A model generated the notes under the pieces. That model saw nothing but the letters and a program-made list of their open reading frames with translations. It was not told the DNA's origin and searched no databases. The position numbers and the translations under genes were made by a program. A DNA stretch of 64,000 nt from Syntrophales bacterium (lineage in GTDB: Bacteria; Desulfobacterota; Syntrophia; Syntrophales; UBA6807). Shown here piece by piece: positions 27,807 through 37,191 of this stretch. The stretch lies in NCBI GenBank assembly GCA_040767195.1, contig JAXGPA010000002.1, positions 160,001-224,000 of the forward strand. The letters run 5' to 3'. Within the stretch, counting starts at the first letter, position 1. Every line of letters starts with the position of its first letter.

Positions 27807-28910
27807 ATGAGGAAAGTGGGTATCATCGGATGGCGGGGGATGGTGGGTTCCGTTCTCATGGAACGGATGACCGGGGAAGGCGATTTCCGGCACTTCGAGC
27901 CGGTTTACTTCACCACGTCACAGGTGGGCCAGGCGGGTCCCGACGGCGCGCCGCTCCTGGACGCTATGGATGTGAAGAAGCTGGCCGGTTTCGACATTCT
28001 CCTCACCTGCCAGGGAGGGGACTACACAAGCGCCGTTTTTCCCCGGCTGAAAGAGGCCGGCTGGAAAGGCTACTGGATCGACGCCGCCTCGTCCCTCCGG
28101 ATGAATGACGACGCCCTCATCGTCCTCGACCCGGTGAACCGGGCCGTCATCGACCAGGGCCTCGCCGGGGGCGTCCGGGTCTTTGCCGGCGGCAACTGCA
28201 CCGTGAGCCTCATGCTCATGGCCCTCTCGGGCCTCTTCAGGGCGGGGGAGGTGGAGTGGATCTCCTCCATGACCTACCAGGCCGCTTCAGGCGCCGGGGC
28301 CAACCACATGAAGGAACTGGCCGCCCAGATGCAGTCCCTGGGGCTCGCCGTGGCGGGCGACCTGGAGAACCCCGCCTCGACAGCCCTGGAAATGGAGAAG
28401 ACCCTCATCGGAACGATGCGGGCCGGCGTCCTGCCGCAGAAATTTTTCGGGGCTCCGCTGGCGGCCAGCCTCATTCCCTGGATCGACCGGGCCGTGGAGG
28501 ACGGCCAGACCCGGGAAGAGTGGAAAGGCTACGCCGAAACGAACAAGATCCTCGGCACCGCCCGCCCCATTCCCGTGGACGGGATCTGCGTCCGCGTGGG
28601 GGCCATGCGCTGCCACAGCCAGGGGCTCACCGTCAAGCTGAAGCGGGACATCCCCCTGGCCGACCTGGAAACACTCATCGCCGCGGACAACGAGTGGGTG
28701 ACGGTGGTTCCCAACACCCGGGAGGCCACGGTGGCCGGCCTCACGCCGACGGCCGTTTCCGGGACCCTGGCGGTGCCCGTGGGCCGGCTCCACAAGCTCA
28801 AGATGGGGCCCGACTTTCTCGGCGCCTTCACGGTGGGGGACCAGCTCCTGTGGGGAGCGGCGGAACCCCTTCGAAGGATGCTCCGGATCCTCCTGGATTT
28901 CCTGGGCTGA
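27807..28910 (+). CDS. asd: Aspartate-semialdehyde dehydrogenase
   Basis: [32 protein letters not shown] and [11 protein letters not shown]. Confidence 0.95.
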   Translation: MRKVGIIGWRGMVGSVLMERMTGEGDFRHFEPVYFTTSQVGQAGPDGAPLLDAMDVKKLAGFDILLTCQGGDYTSAVFPRLKEAGWKGYWIDAASSLRMNDDALIVLDPVNRAVIDQGLAGGVRVFAGGNCTVSLMLMALSGLFRAGEVEWISSMTYQAASGAGANHMKELAAQMQSLGLAVAGDLENPASTALEMEKTLIGTMRAGVLPQKFFGAPLAASLIPWIDRAVEDGQTREEWKGYAETNKILGTARPIPVDGICVRVGAMRCHSQGLTVKLKRDIPLADLETLIAADNEWVTVVPNTREATVAGLTPTAVSGTLAVPVGRLHKLKMGPDFLGAFTVGDQLLWGAAEPLRRMLRILLDFLG

Positions 28911-28916
28911 TCCCCT

Positions 28917-30299
28917 TCAGCGGCAGACGTCGAGAAGAAAGCGTTCCAGCAGGATCGCCGGGTCCTTCCCCGTCGTTTTCATCTCCAGGTCCATGCCGGC
29001 GAGGCGGTCGAAAAAACCGGCGGCCTCCTCGCGGCTGAACTGCAGGGCGCTTCGAAAGGCCTGGAAAATGACGTAGGGATGCTGGCCGGGAAGACCGCCC
29101 TCCTTCCCGCCCCTTGTCGCCCCGAGGCTTTTGATCCCGGGGTAAAGGGACTGCTGGAAGGCCCGGTAATCGACGCCGCCGGTGAACCGCACCAGGCCGC
29201 GGTCCAGCAGGATCCGGGCATGGAGGATGTTTCGGATCTCCCGGGCCACCATGGCGAAGATCATGACAGGAGGCTCCCCCCTCCGGAGGAGGGCGTCCAG
29301 GGCTTTCAGCGCCTGTAGGGCGTCCCGCTGGGCCAGGGCGCCGGTAAGATCGAAAACGGAGAACGCCTTCGTATCCGCCGCCAGGGACGCCACATCTTCC
29401 ACGTTCACCTCGTCCCGTTCCCCGGCCAGGGAAAAGAGGCTCTCCAGGACCGTCACGGCCTCGGCGAGGCGATGCCCCGTCTTTTCACCCAGGACGTCCA
29501 GGGCGTCTTTGGTGATCCTTTTTCCCCGGCTCCCCGCGTAATCCAGGGCCACCCTGCGGAACTTCTCCCTTACCCGCGCCTCGCCCTTTTCCTTGTCAAA
29601 GGCCAGGACGGCCCCCTCCCGGGCCATGAGCTGGTAGAGCTTTTTTCTCCGGTCCACCGAGAGGGCGGAAAGGACGAGGACGTGGCCCGGCGGAAGGCCC
29701 CGCTCCAGGATCTCTTCCAGCCGGCCCTCCGCCGCCGGTCCCGTTGCCACCTTGCGGCCCGTGGCCTTCACCTGCTCCAGGATGGGAGGAAGCCACTTTT
29801 CCACGGACGCCGGATCTTCCACGCCGGCCGTCTTTTTCCACGTCTCGGGAGGGATGGACCGCCAGTTCCCGTCCTGGAGGTCCTCCAGGGACCATCCCGT
29901 CATCCGGAGAAAGGCGGAAAAGGGCCTGAAGACCCGGGAAAGGTCTTTTTTCCCTTCCACCTGCGTTTCCATTTCCCGGACCAGGGCGGGCAGGGTGGTC
30001 CTCGATTGAAAAAGGGTGGTGTTCCTCACGGCGACGACCTTCCGTCCCGGCAGGAGGGGAAGGGCGAGGAGGGACTGGCAGAGGGCGGCGACCCCCGTTT
30101 CGTCCCCGTCCATAAGGACGAGATTCATTTTCCGGTCTTTTTCCGGAAGGAGGGCCTCGAGAACCCGCTGAAAGGTCTCCTGGACGAGGTACTCCTCCTC
30201 CCCGTGAATGAGAATGCGGGAGGGGACGTCCCCTTTCCCGATCCGCCCCAGGAGGGATTTCAGGCTTGCCGTTTTTTTCGTCCCGTCGGGAGAGGTCAT
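28917..30299 (-). CDS. holA: DNA polymerase III subunit delta (long form)
   Basis: LIHGEEEYL N-terminus, VFDLTGAL, HPYV and C-terminal LERFLL. Contains a central insertion. Confidence 0.8.
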   Translation of the reverse strand: MTSPDGTKKTASLKSLLGRIGKGDVPSRILIHGEEEYLVQETFQRVLEALLPEKDRKMNLVLMDGDETGVAALCQSLLALPLLPGRKVVAVRNTTLFQSRTTLPALVREMETQVEGKKDLSRVFRPFSAFLRMTGWSLEDLQDGNWRSIPPETWKKTAGVEDPASVEKWLPPILEQVKATGRKVATGPAAEGRLEEILERGLPPGHVLVLSALSVDRRKKLYQLMAREGAVLAFDKEKGEARVREKFRRVALDYAGSRGKRITKDALDVLGEKTGHRLAEAVTVLESLFSLAGERDEVNVEDVASLAADTKAFSVFDLTGALAQRDALQALKALDALLRRGEPPVMIFAMVAREIRNILHARILLDRGLVRFTGGVDYRAFQQSLYPGIKSLGATRGGKEGGLPGQHPYVIFQAFRSALQFSREEAAGFFDRLAGMDLEMKTTGKDPAILLERFLLDVCR

Positions 30300-30494
30300 G
30301 AGAGTCCCCGGTTCGGCCCCTGGCGGGCTTTTTTCCCCTCGCGGAAAGCCGAACCCATTTTCCGGGCGGGTTTGCGGAAAGAGCCGGAGAAAGGGTGCCC
30401 GGGTTTCGGAGAACGCGGAACCGCCCGCGGCGGCCTGCCGTCGCGGGCGGTGTGAGATTTAACGCGGCTTGTGATGCGTCTGTTTACGGAGCCG

Positions 30495-31148
30495 TCACAG
30501 GACGACATACTTCTGGATGTGCCTGAGGGCCTTTTTCGGATCGTCGATGACCTGGACGAGGTCCATGTCTTCCGGCGAGATCTTCTTTTCCTTCAACATG
30601 GTCTTCCGCATCCAGGTCAGGAGCCCTCCCCAGTAGTCGCTTCCCATGAGAACCACGGGAAAGCTCCGGATCCGTTTCGTCTGGATCAGGGTGAGGGCCT
30701 CGAAAAGCTCGTCCATGGTGCCGAAGCCCCCGGGCAGGATGACGTAGGCCACGGCGTACTTGACGAACATGACCTTCCGGATGAAAAAATACTTGTAGTC
30801 GATGCTGACGTTGGAAAAGGGGTTGGGCTTCTGTTCAAAAGGGAGATGGATGTTCATCCCGACGGAGAGGCCGCCCCCCTCCGCCGCGCCCTTGTTGGCC
30901 GCCTCCATGATGCCCGGCCCGCCCCCCGTTATGACACTGAAACCGTTCAGGGCGAGGAGCTTCGACAGCTCTTCCGTTTTCTGGTACCACGGGTCTTCCG
31001 GGGTCACCCGGGCGGACCCGAAAACACTGACGGCGTGCCCGACCTGGGACAGTTCCTCGATGGATTCCACGAACTCGGCCATGATGCGGAAGATCCGCCA
31101 TGACTCCTCCATGGAGAGGGCATCCACGAGGTATTGCTTTTCCGCCAT
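30495..31148 (-). CDS. LOG family (TIGR00730-type) nucleotide phosphoribohydrolase
   Basis: VFGSAR, TGGGPGIMEAAN and PGGFGTMDE. Confidence 0.92.
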   Translation of the reverse strand: MAEKQYLVDALSMEESWRIFRIMAEFVESIEELSQVGHAVSVFGSARVTPEDPWYQKTEELSKLLALNGFSVITGGGPGIMEAANKGAAEGGGLSVGMNIHLPFEQKPNPFSNVSIDYKYFFIRKVMFVKYAVAYVILPGGFGTMDELFEALTLIQTKRIRSFPVVLMGSDYWGGLLTWMRKTMLKEKKISPEDMDLVQVIDDPKKALRHIQKYVVL

Positions 31149-31155
31149 GGTTTTC

Positions 31156-31347
31156 TCAGAAGCGTCTTCGTTTGCGGGCTTTCGCCATTCTGCGACGGGC
31201 TTCGAGGGCTTTTCTCTTGCGCTTTACCGACGGTTTCTCATAGGCCCTTCGGAGCTTCAGTTCCTTGAAAAGACCGTTCTTGGAAAGTTTGTTCTTCAGG
31301 ATCTTGAGCGCTTTTTCGACGTCGTTGTCGATGACCTTGACCTCCAA
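31156..31347 (-). CDS. rpsU: 30S ribosomal protein S21
   Basis: VEKALK...YEKPSVKRKRK. Confidence 0.92.
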   Translation of the reverse strand: MEVKVIDNDVEKALKILKNKLSKNGLFKELKLRRAYEKPSVKRKRKALEARRRMAKARKRRRF

Positions 31348-31472
31348 AAATATCCCTTCCTTTCCTTCTGCATTCCATAACCCTGCGGGAACCGCAGGGA
31401 TCCTCCCTATGACAGCGCACGGCGCTTGTCAACTAAAATCTTTCAGTCCCGGGCTTCGTTTTTCAATCGGGA

Positions 31473-32546
31473 TTACTCGGGGACACCGGCCGCGTGGCGG
31501 AGCGTTTCGATAAAAAGCCGGTTTTCCTCTTTTTTCCCCACGGAAACCCTGAGGCAGCGACGGAGCGCCTCGGGCGCGGAAAACGCCTTCACCAGAATGC
31601 CCCGTTCCACTAATGTTTTATATAACCTATCTTTGTCGAGATCACAACTAAAAAGGATGAAATTGGCGTCGGAAGGCCAGGGCTTGATCCCGGGGATCCG
31701 TTTCAGCTCTTCGAAAAGAAGTTTCCGCTCTGCCACGATGTCCCGGACCTGCCGGTCCAGCTCTTCCCCGTGATCCAGGAGGGCCGTCCCCACGGTCTGG
31801 GTCAGGGCGTTCAGGTTGTAGGGAAGGCGGACCTTGTTCAACTCCCGGAGAAGGTCGGGGGCGCCGACGAGAACGCCCAGCCTGAGGGCGGCGAAACCGA
31901 GCTTGGAGAAGGTCCGCAGGATCACCAGGTTTTCCCGTTCCCGGACCTCCGGGAGAAAGGTGTCGCCGGAAAAGTGGAAATAGGCTTCGTCGACCACCAC
32001 GAGACCTTTCGCGGTGTCGAGAATCTCGGCCACCCTGGCGCGGCTGAAGCAGTTCCCCGTGGGGTTGTTGGGATAGCTGAGGAAAGCGATGTCGGGGGTT
32101 TCCCCGGCGACCCACCGGGAACTGGCGTCGACGGGAAGATCGAAGGACCCGTCCAGGGGCATTTCGATGACCCGGTGCCCCAGGTTCACCGCCATGATCT
32201 TGTACATGGCGAAGGTGGGGACAGGGATCAGGACCCCGCCGCCGGGCCGCACCCGGATGGCCGTGAGAAGGATCTGGATGAGCTCGTCCGACCCGTTTCC
32301 CACCATGATCCAGTCGGCGGGAACGCCCAGTTGGCGGGAGAGCCCGGCCTTGAGCTCCCGGGCCTCCGGATCGGGGTACCGGTTCAGGGAAACCGCCCTG
32401 AGGGCGCCGTGGAGCCGGTCCCGGACCGCCGGCGGCAGGTCGTGGGGGTTTTCGTTGGCGTCGAGCTTTATGGGACAGTCGGAAAGATCGATGGCATAGG
32501 CCGTCTGGTTCAGGATTTCCGTCTTGATCAGCTCTCGAAGGTCCAT
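31473..32546 (-). CDS. hisC: Histidinol-phosphate aminotransferase
   Basis: LDANENP, GNGSDELI, PNNPTG, VDEAY and RTFSK. Start MDLRE at 32546. Confidence 0.92.
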   Translation of the reverse strand: MDLRELIKTEILNQTAYAIDLSDCPIKLDANENPHDLPPAVRDRLHGALRAVSLNRYPDPEARELKAGLSRQLGVPADWIMVGNGSDELIQILLTAIRVRPGGGVLIPVPTFAMYKIMAVNLGHRVIEMPLDGSFDLPVDASSRWVAGETPDIAFLSYPNNPTGNCFSRARVAEILDTAKGLVVVDEAYFHFSGDTFLPEVRERENLVILRTFSKLGFAALRLGVLVGAPDLLRELNKVRLPYNLNALTQTVGTALLDHGEELDRQVRDIVAERKLLFEELKRIPGIKPWPSDANFILFSCDLDKDRLYKTLVERGILVKAFSAPEALRRCLRVSVGKKEENRLFIETLRHAAGVPE

Positions 32547-33361
32547 CGGCCCCCCTTTCCTTCCAGGTTCCACGTTTCGGTGCCGTATTTCTCCTCCCCG
32601 AGTTCCCGGGCCAGGGCCGCCTCTTCCCCGGTGAGCGGCCCCGCCACGAGGGGCACGCCGAGGATTTCCTCGAATCCCGCCCGGAGGGAGGACGCCACCG
32701 ATTCCACGTCGACGTCCCCGAGACCCTCCCCGCGAAGGGAGGTGACCGGGTCTTCCGGGGCGTCCGCCGAACGCCCGGCGGCCCGCTTCAGCAGGCGGTC
32801 GGGAAGGTCCCTCTTGAAATCCAGGAGAAGGGAGCCCTGCTGGAGGAAGGCCCCCCGGGACCGGCTCTGGGCGCTCCCGCAGATCTTCCGGCCCCGGACC
32901 AGGAGCTCGTACCGCGCCGGGCGGGTGAAGCAGAAGGCGTCGCGGTTCACGTCCCCGGCAGCGCCGTCCTCACCGGGCATGGACAGGGCGAGCCCGAGCC
33001 CTTCCAGGCCCCGGGCGAGACAGCGCCCGATGAACCGGTAGGTGTCCGTGAGGCCCCGTGAAAACGGGGGCGCATCGGTTCTTCCCGTGACGGAATAACA
33101 GAGGTCGCCGTCGTGGATGACGGCCTTCCCGCCCGTGGGTCGCCGGACAACGGCGACGCCCTCGGCGCGGCAGGCGTCGAGGTTCACTTCCCGGCGGACG
33201 TCCTGAAAGTACCCCACGGACACGGTCCGCCCGGTCCACCCGAAAAAGCGGAGCGTGGGCGCCGTTTCCCGCCCCTCCTGGAGACGGTACAGGGCCTCGT
33301 CCACCGCCATCGCCTCGGCGGGGTCGCAGGCGCGAAAGGGAAGGAGCCGCCAAGGTTTCAC
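32528..33361 (-). CDS. Lipoate-protein ligase A / octanoyltransferase (LipM-like)
   Basis: MAVDEAL, VRRPTGGKAVIH, KICGSAQ and LQQGS. Adjacent to gcvH. Confidence 0.85.
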   Translation of the reverse strand: MKPWRLLPFRACDPAEAMAVDEALYRLQEGRETAPTLRFFGWTGRTVSVGYFQDVRREVNLDACRAEGVAVVRRPTGGKAVIHDGDLCYSVTGRTDAPPFSRGLTDTYRFIGRCLARGLEGLGLALSMPGEDGAAGDVNRDAFCFTRPARYELLVRGRKICGSAQSRSRGAFLQQGSLLLDFKRDLPDRLLKRAAGRSADAPEDPVTSLRGEGLGDVDVESVASSLRAGFEEILGVPLVAGPLTGEEAALARELGEEKYGTETWNLEGKGGRWTFES

Positions 33362-33367
33362 GGCCCG

Positions 33368-33766
33368 TCAGTCGGCCTCCTCGTCCGCTTCCACGAAGTC
33401 CTCGTACCCCTCGGCATCGAGAAGATTGTCCAGCTCGCTGGGGTCGTCCATTTCAACGATGATCATCCAGCCCGTGTCGTAGGGGTCGCTGTTGATGATG
33501 CCCACATCGTCGGCCAGGTCGTCGTTCACCATGACCACCTCCCCGCTCACCGGCGAGATGAGTTCCGTCGTCGTTTTCGTGGATTCGATGACCCCGAAGG
33601 ATTCATCCTGCTCCACGTAGGTGTCCACGGCGGGAAGCTCCACGGAAAGGATCTCCCCGAGCTTTTCCTGGGCGTGATCGGTAATCCCGATGGTCGCCTG
33701 GTTCCCGTCCACGCGCACCCAGGTGTGTTCCCGCGTGTAAAGCAGATCTTCAGGAAAAACCGCCAT
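33368..33766 (-). CDS. gcvH: Glycine cleavage H-protein (lipoyl carrier)
   Basis: EHTWV, GITDHAQEKLG, IESTK (lipoyl Lys), SPVSG and INSDPY..GW. Confidence 0.92.
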   Translation of the reverse strand: MAVFPEDLLYTREHTWVRVDGNQATIGITDHAQEKLGEILSVELPAVDTYVEQDESFGVIESTKTTTELISPVSGEVVMVNDDLADDVGIINSDPYDTGWMIIVEMDDPSELDNLLDAEGYEDFVEADEEAD

Positions 33767-33853
33767 TGGTCGAGCCGCTACCTCCACTTTATTTCATTTT
33801 GCCCCGTCGCCGCGGCGGGGGCCGCCCGGAACCGCTCCCGGCCCGGGTGTGTG

Positions 33854-34957
33854 TCACGAGAGAATCTTGAGTCCCTTTGGCACGGACGAGAGAATTTCGC
33901 AACCCCCTTTTTTGACCACCACGAGGTCCTCGATGCGCACCCCGAATTTTCCCGGGATGTACACGCCGGGCTCGACGGTGACGACCATGCCCTCCTCGAG
34001 AACGCCGTCGTCCCGGGTGGAAATCCGGGGGGGCTCGTGTACCTCGAGCCCCACGCCGTGGCCGGTGCCGTGGGTGAAGAAGGCGCCGAAACCGGCCCGG
34101 TCGATCCATTCCCGGGCCGCTTCGTCCACCGCCCGGCAGGGCATCCCTTCACGAACCAGCTCCAGGGCCCGGTCATGGGCCTCTTTCACCACGGCGTAAA
34201 TCTTCGCCTGCTCCGGCGACGGGGCTCCCAGGGCCACGGTGCAGGTTTCGTCGGAGGCGTAGCCTTCCACGACGGCCCCGAAATCGATGACGACGAAACC
34301 ACCCGCCGCCATGGGGACCGGGCCCGGCCGCCCGTGGGGGAGGGCCGTCTTGGGGCCGGAAACGACGATGGTCTCGAAAGAGGGGCCTTCGCTTCCCCGG
34401 GATTCCATTTCCCGCTCCAGGCGCCGGGCCACGTCGATCTCCCGCACCCCCGGCCCGAGGGTCTCCAGAACGGCCAGGAGCGCCCCGGAGGCGATTTCCG
34501 CCGCCCGACGGATTGTTTCGATCTCTTGTGCCTCCTTGATCTTCCGCAGCCCCCCCAGTTCCCGGCCCAGGGGGTTCAGGCGAACCCGCCCGCCCAGGGC
34601 GTCGAGAAGGCCGAAATAGGCGTCGCAGGCCAGGGCGGCGGACTCGAAGACCAGGTCCGCCAGGTCCCGGTCCCTGATGAAGCCGACGAGGCCTTCCTGG
34701 CGGTCCCGGCAGGTGATGACGTCGATTCCCGACGTTTCTTCCGCCGCCTGGGTGGTGTACCGGCCGTCCACCAGGAGGGCCGCCCCCTCGGCCCCGACAA
34801 AGAGGGTCCCCTCGCTCCCGGTGAATCCCGTCAGGTAGCGGATCGACGGCCTGCCGAAAAAAAGGGCGCCGGCGGCCGACCAGCCCGGGAGGCTCTTCCG
34901 GACCCGCTCGACCCGGCCCGGGAAGGGGCCCTTCGCTTTTTCATTTCTTTCAGGCAT
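33854..34957 (-). CDS. Xaa-Pro aminopeptidase/dipeptidase (M24 family)
   Basis: YLTGFTGS, DGRY, HGTGHGVGLEVHE, EPGVY and GVRIED. Confidence 0.9.
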   Translation of the reverse strand: MPERNEKAKGPFPGRVERVRKSLPGWSAAGALFFGRPSIRYLTGFTGSEGTLFVGAEGAALLVDGRYTTQAAEETSGIDVITCRDRQEGLVGFIRDRDLADLVFESAALACDAYFGLLDALGGRVRLNPLGRELGGLRKIKEAQEIETIRRAAEIASGALLAVLETLGPGVREIDVARRLEREMESRGSEGPSFETIVVSGPKTALPHGRPGPVPMAAGGFVVIDFGAVVEGYASDETCTVALGAPSPEQAKIYAVVKEAHDRALELVREGMPCRAVDEAAREWIDRAGFGAFFTHGTGHGVGLEVHEPPRISTRDDGVLEEGMVVTVEPGVYIPGKFGVRIEDLVVVKKGGCEILSSVPKGLKILS

Positions 34958-34994
34958 AATGAACTCGTAAAAACTCGAAAAATCTTCAGTTACC

Positions 34995-35121
34995 GACGGC
35001 TTTGTAAAAAGATCCAGAGGCAAGGCGCCCAAATCCCGAGGAATGAGACGTACTTATTGGTACGTCGCAATGACGAGGGATGAAGGGCAACGCAGCATAT
35101 GGACTTTTTACAAAGTCGTCA
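34995..35121. mobile_element. MITE/REP-like non-autonomous element with terminal inverted repeats
   Basis: Left end GACGGCTTTGTAAAAAGATCCA and right end TGGACTTTTTACAAAGTCGTC. Internal palindrome GACGTAC-6-GTACGTC. A second, partial copy lies at 25642. Confidence 0.7.
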
Positions 35122-35802
35122 GGCATCGAATGCCCCCTTCGGGGCTACGGCGCCCCGGCCCTTCTCGAGCCGGCCGAGCCACTGGTATAGCTCCCCGAGA
35201 ACCCGCTCCCGTCTCTTCCGCCGTTCCCGGATCGTGTCCTCGAGGTTCCGGAGGCTCTCCCGGAGGGGTCCGTTTTCGGGGTCCCCGGACAGGAGCTTCT
35301 CCAGGGTCGACCGGGCCAGTTCGTAGTGGCCCTGGCGGACGTAAAGATCCGCCATGGTCGGGGTGAGGAGTTCTTCCGGCACCTCCGCCCAGTCGTCGTC
35401 CCCTTCCGCCTCCTTCTCCCGCCGCGACGGGGGCGCCGGCGGGTGCGTCCCGCCGTTCCAGCGGACCCGTCCCGAATTGAGGAGGGAACTTTTCCGGTAG
35501 CACTCCATGGCCTCCCGGATCATGCCCTGGCGGGCGAACTCGTCTCCGCCGCAGCGGTAGAGGGTCCCCCAGCCTTCCTCGACCCGTTCCATGGCCTCGA
35601 GGAACCGGAGGGCCTCCTCCTTCCGCCCCTCCCGGGCGAGGCACAGGGCCAGGGCCAGGCAGGCGGCGCTGTCGCCGGGACAGGCTTCCTGCCTCTTGAG
35701 CGCTTTCTCCCGGACAGCCTCCCAGTCGCCCCGGAGAACCAGGAGTTCCACGGCACTCACGAACCGCTCGAGATCGGCCACGGCGAAGCGTGTCTTTTCC
35801 AT
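35119..35802 (-). CDS. Tetratricopeptide-repeat protein
   Basis: Helical repeats and a TPTMADLYVRQGH motif in the C-terminal TPR. Confidence 0.75.
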   Translation of the reverse strand: MEKTRFAVADLERFVSAVELLVLRGDWEAVREKALKRQEACPGDSAACLALALCLAREGRKEEALRFLEAMERVEEGWGTLYRCGGDEFARQGMIREAMECYRKSSLLNSGRVRWNGGTHPPAPPSRREKEAEGDDDWAEVPEELLTPTMADLYVRQGHYELARSTLEKLLSGDPENGPLRESLRNLEDTIRERRKRRERVLGELYQWLGRLEKGRGAVAPKGAFDA

Positions 35803-36048
35803 GTTAATCCTTTAAATCCTTGGATTTGCAGCCAATGAGACTGCGCCTTAACACAGGGGTCATGGGGTGTCAAGGACGAAATCCGGCGTGACGGCACCAC
35901 GACCCGCTTTCCCGAAAAGCGATTTGCCGTTGACTTCCCCCCCGGGGAAAGGTAAAAATGCCCTGGTCCGGCGGCGGAAAATCGAAGGCCTGTCTTTTCT
36001 TATACAGAAGGACCCGGGAAGAATTCAAGGAATAATCGGAAGGGCGCC

Positions 36049-36669
36049 ATGAAACTCCAGGCCGTGAAGTACCTCTTCGTCACGTTCCTCCTCCTTTCCA
36101 ATATCATGGCCTCGAAGATCGTCTCGATCTTCGGGCTTCTCCTGCCGGCGGCGGTCATCGCCTACCCGGTGACGTTCCTCTTCACCGACGTGGTGGCCGA
36201 GGTGGAGGGAAAGAAGAGCGCCCGGAGCCTCGTCATGACGGGGTTCTACCTGTCGCTGGTCATGGTGGCCCTCCTGTGGGCGGCCCGCCTGCTCCCGCCG
36301 GCCCCCTTCTGGACCCACCAGGAGGCCTGGGACCGGATCCTGGGGGCCACGCCCCGGATCGTCCTGGCGTCCATGCTCGCCTATGTCGTCTCCCAGAACC
36401 ACGACGTGTGGGCCTTCCACTGGTGGAAAGAAAAAACGGCAGGCCGTCACCTGTGGCTCCGGAACAACCTCTCCACCATGGTCTCCCAACTCATCGACTC
36501 GGCCCTTTTCATCACCGTCGCCTTCTGGGGCCTCTACCCCCCGGCGGCCATCGGGAAGATGGTCCTCGGCCAGTACGCCGTCAAGGTGGCCATCGCCCTC
36601 CTTGACACCCCTTTCTGCTACATGCTAGTGAGGTTCTATGAAAGAGATTCTCGAAACGATCCCCAATAA
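36049..36669 (+). CDS. yhhQ: Queuosine precursor transporter (YhhQ/COG1738)
   Basis: SNIMASK, YPVTFLFTD, RIVLAS and WLRNNLSTMVSQLIDS. Multiple TM segments; next to queF. Confidence 0.9.
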   Translation: MKLQAVKYLFVTFLLLSNIMASKIVSIFGLLLPAAVIAYPVTFLFTDVVAEVEGKKSARSLVMTGFYLSLVMVALLWAARLLPPAPFWTHQEAWDRILGATPRIVLASMLAYVVSQNHDVWAFHWWKEKTAGRHLWLRNNLSTMVSQLIDSALFITVAFWGLYPPAAIGKMVLGQYAVKVAIALLDTPFCYMLVRFYERDSRNDPQ

Positions 36670-36985
36670 CTACCGGGAGCGGGACTACGAGGTGGACATC
36701 CGGTTCCCCGAGTTCACCTGCCTGTGCCCGAAGACGGGCCAGCCCGACTTCGCCCAGGTCGTCATCCGGTATGTCCCCGGGGACCTTCTGGTGGAGCTCA
36801 AATCCCTCAAATTCTATCTCAACGCCTACCGGACCCGGGGGATCTTCCACGAGGAGGCGGTGAACCGGATCCTCTCCGACTTCGTCGACACGGTGAAGCC
36901 GAAAAAGGCGGAGGTGACGGGGGCCTTCAACGTCCGGGGCGGCATCCACACCACCGTCCGGGCGGCCTACCCGGCGGGGGGATAA
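36638..36985 (+). CDS. queF: NADPH-dependent 7-cyano-7-deazaguanine (preQ0) reductase, short type
   Basis: PEFTCLCPKTGQPDFA, VELKSLK, FHE and FNVRGGI. Confidence 0.93.
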   Translation: MKEILETIPNNYRERDYEVDIRFPEFTCLCPKTGQPDFAQVVIRYVPGDLLVELKSLKFYLNAYRTRGIFHEEAVNRILSDFVDTVKPKKAEVTGAFNVRGGIHTTVRAAYPAGG

Positions 36986-37105
36986 GAACCTTCTATCCGA
37001 TCGCTTTTGTCGGAATCACCTTTCCTGTCCCCGGGAAAAAGCCCGAAAAAAGTGAAAAGGCGGGAAAAACGCCCTCCTGAGAGAACAGCTAAAATGTAAA
37101 AAAGG

Positions 37106-37184
37106 AAAGGCACCCCGAAAGGGTGCCTTTTGGTTTTTCGCGATCGAATGGGGAAAGGGGGACCCGGTGACGGCTCCCCCTTTT
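37106..37184. terminator. Two terminator-like hairpins between convergent queF and the Ig-like gene
   Basis: AAAGGCACCC-CGAAA-GGGTGCCTTT plus T-run, and AAAGGGGGA...TCCCCCTTT. Confidence 0.65.
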
Positions 37185-37191
37185 GTTTCCT

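Noticed and set aside
35940..36048. Possible preQ1 riboswitch before yhhQ-queF
   Set aside because: No class I stem-loop with an A-rich tail and no class II pattern could be matched by eye. Kept only as an unclassified structured leader.
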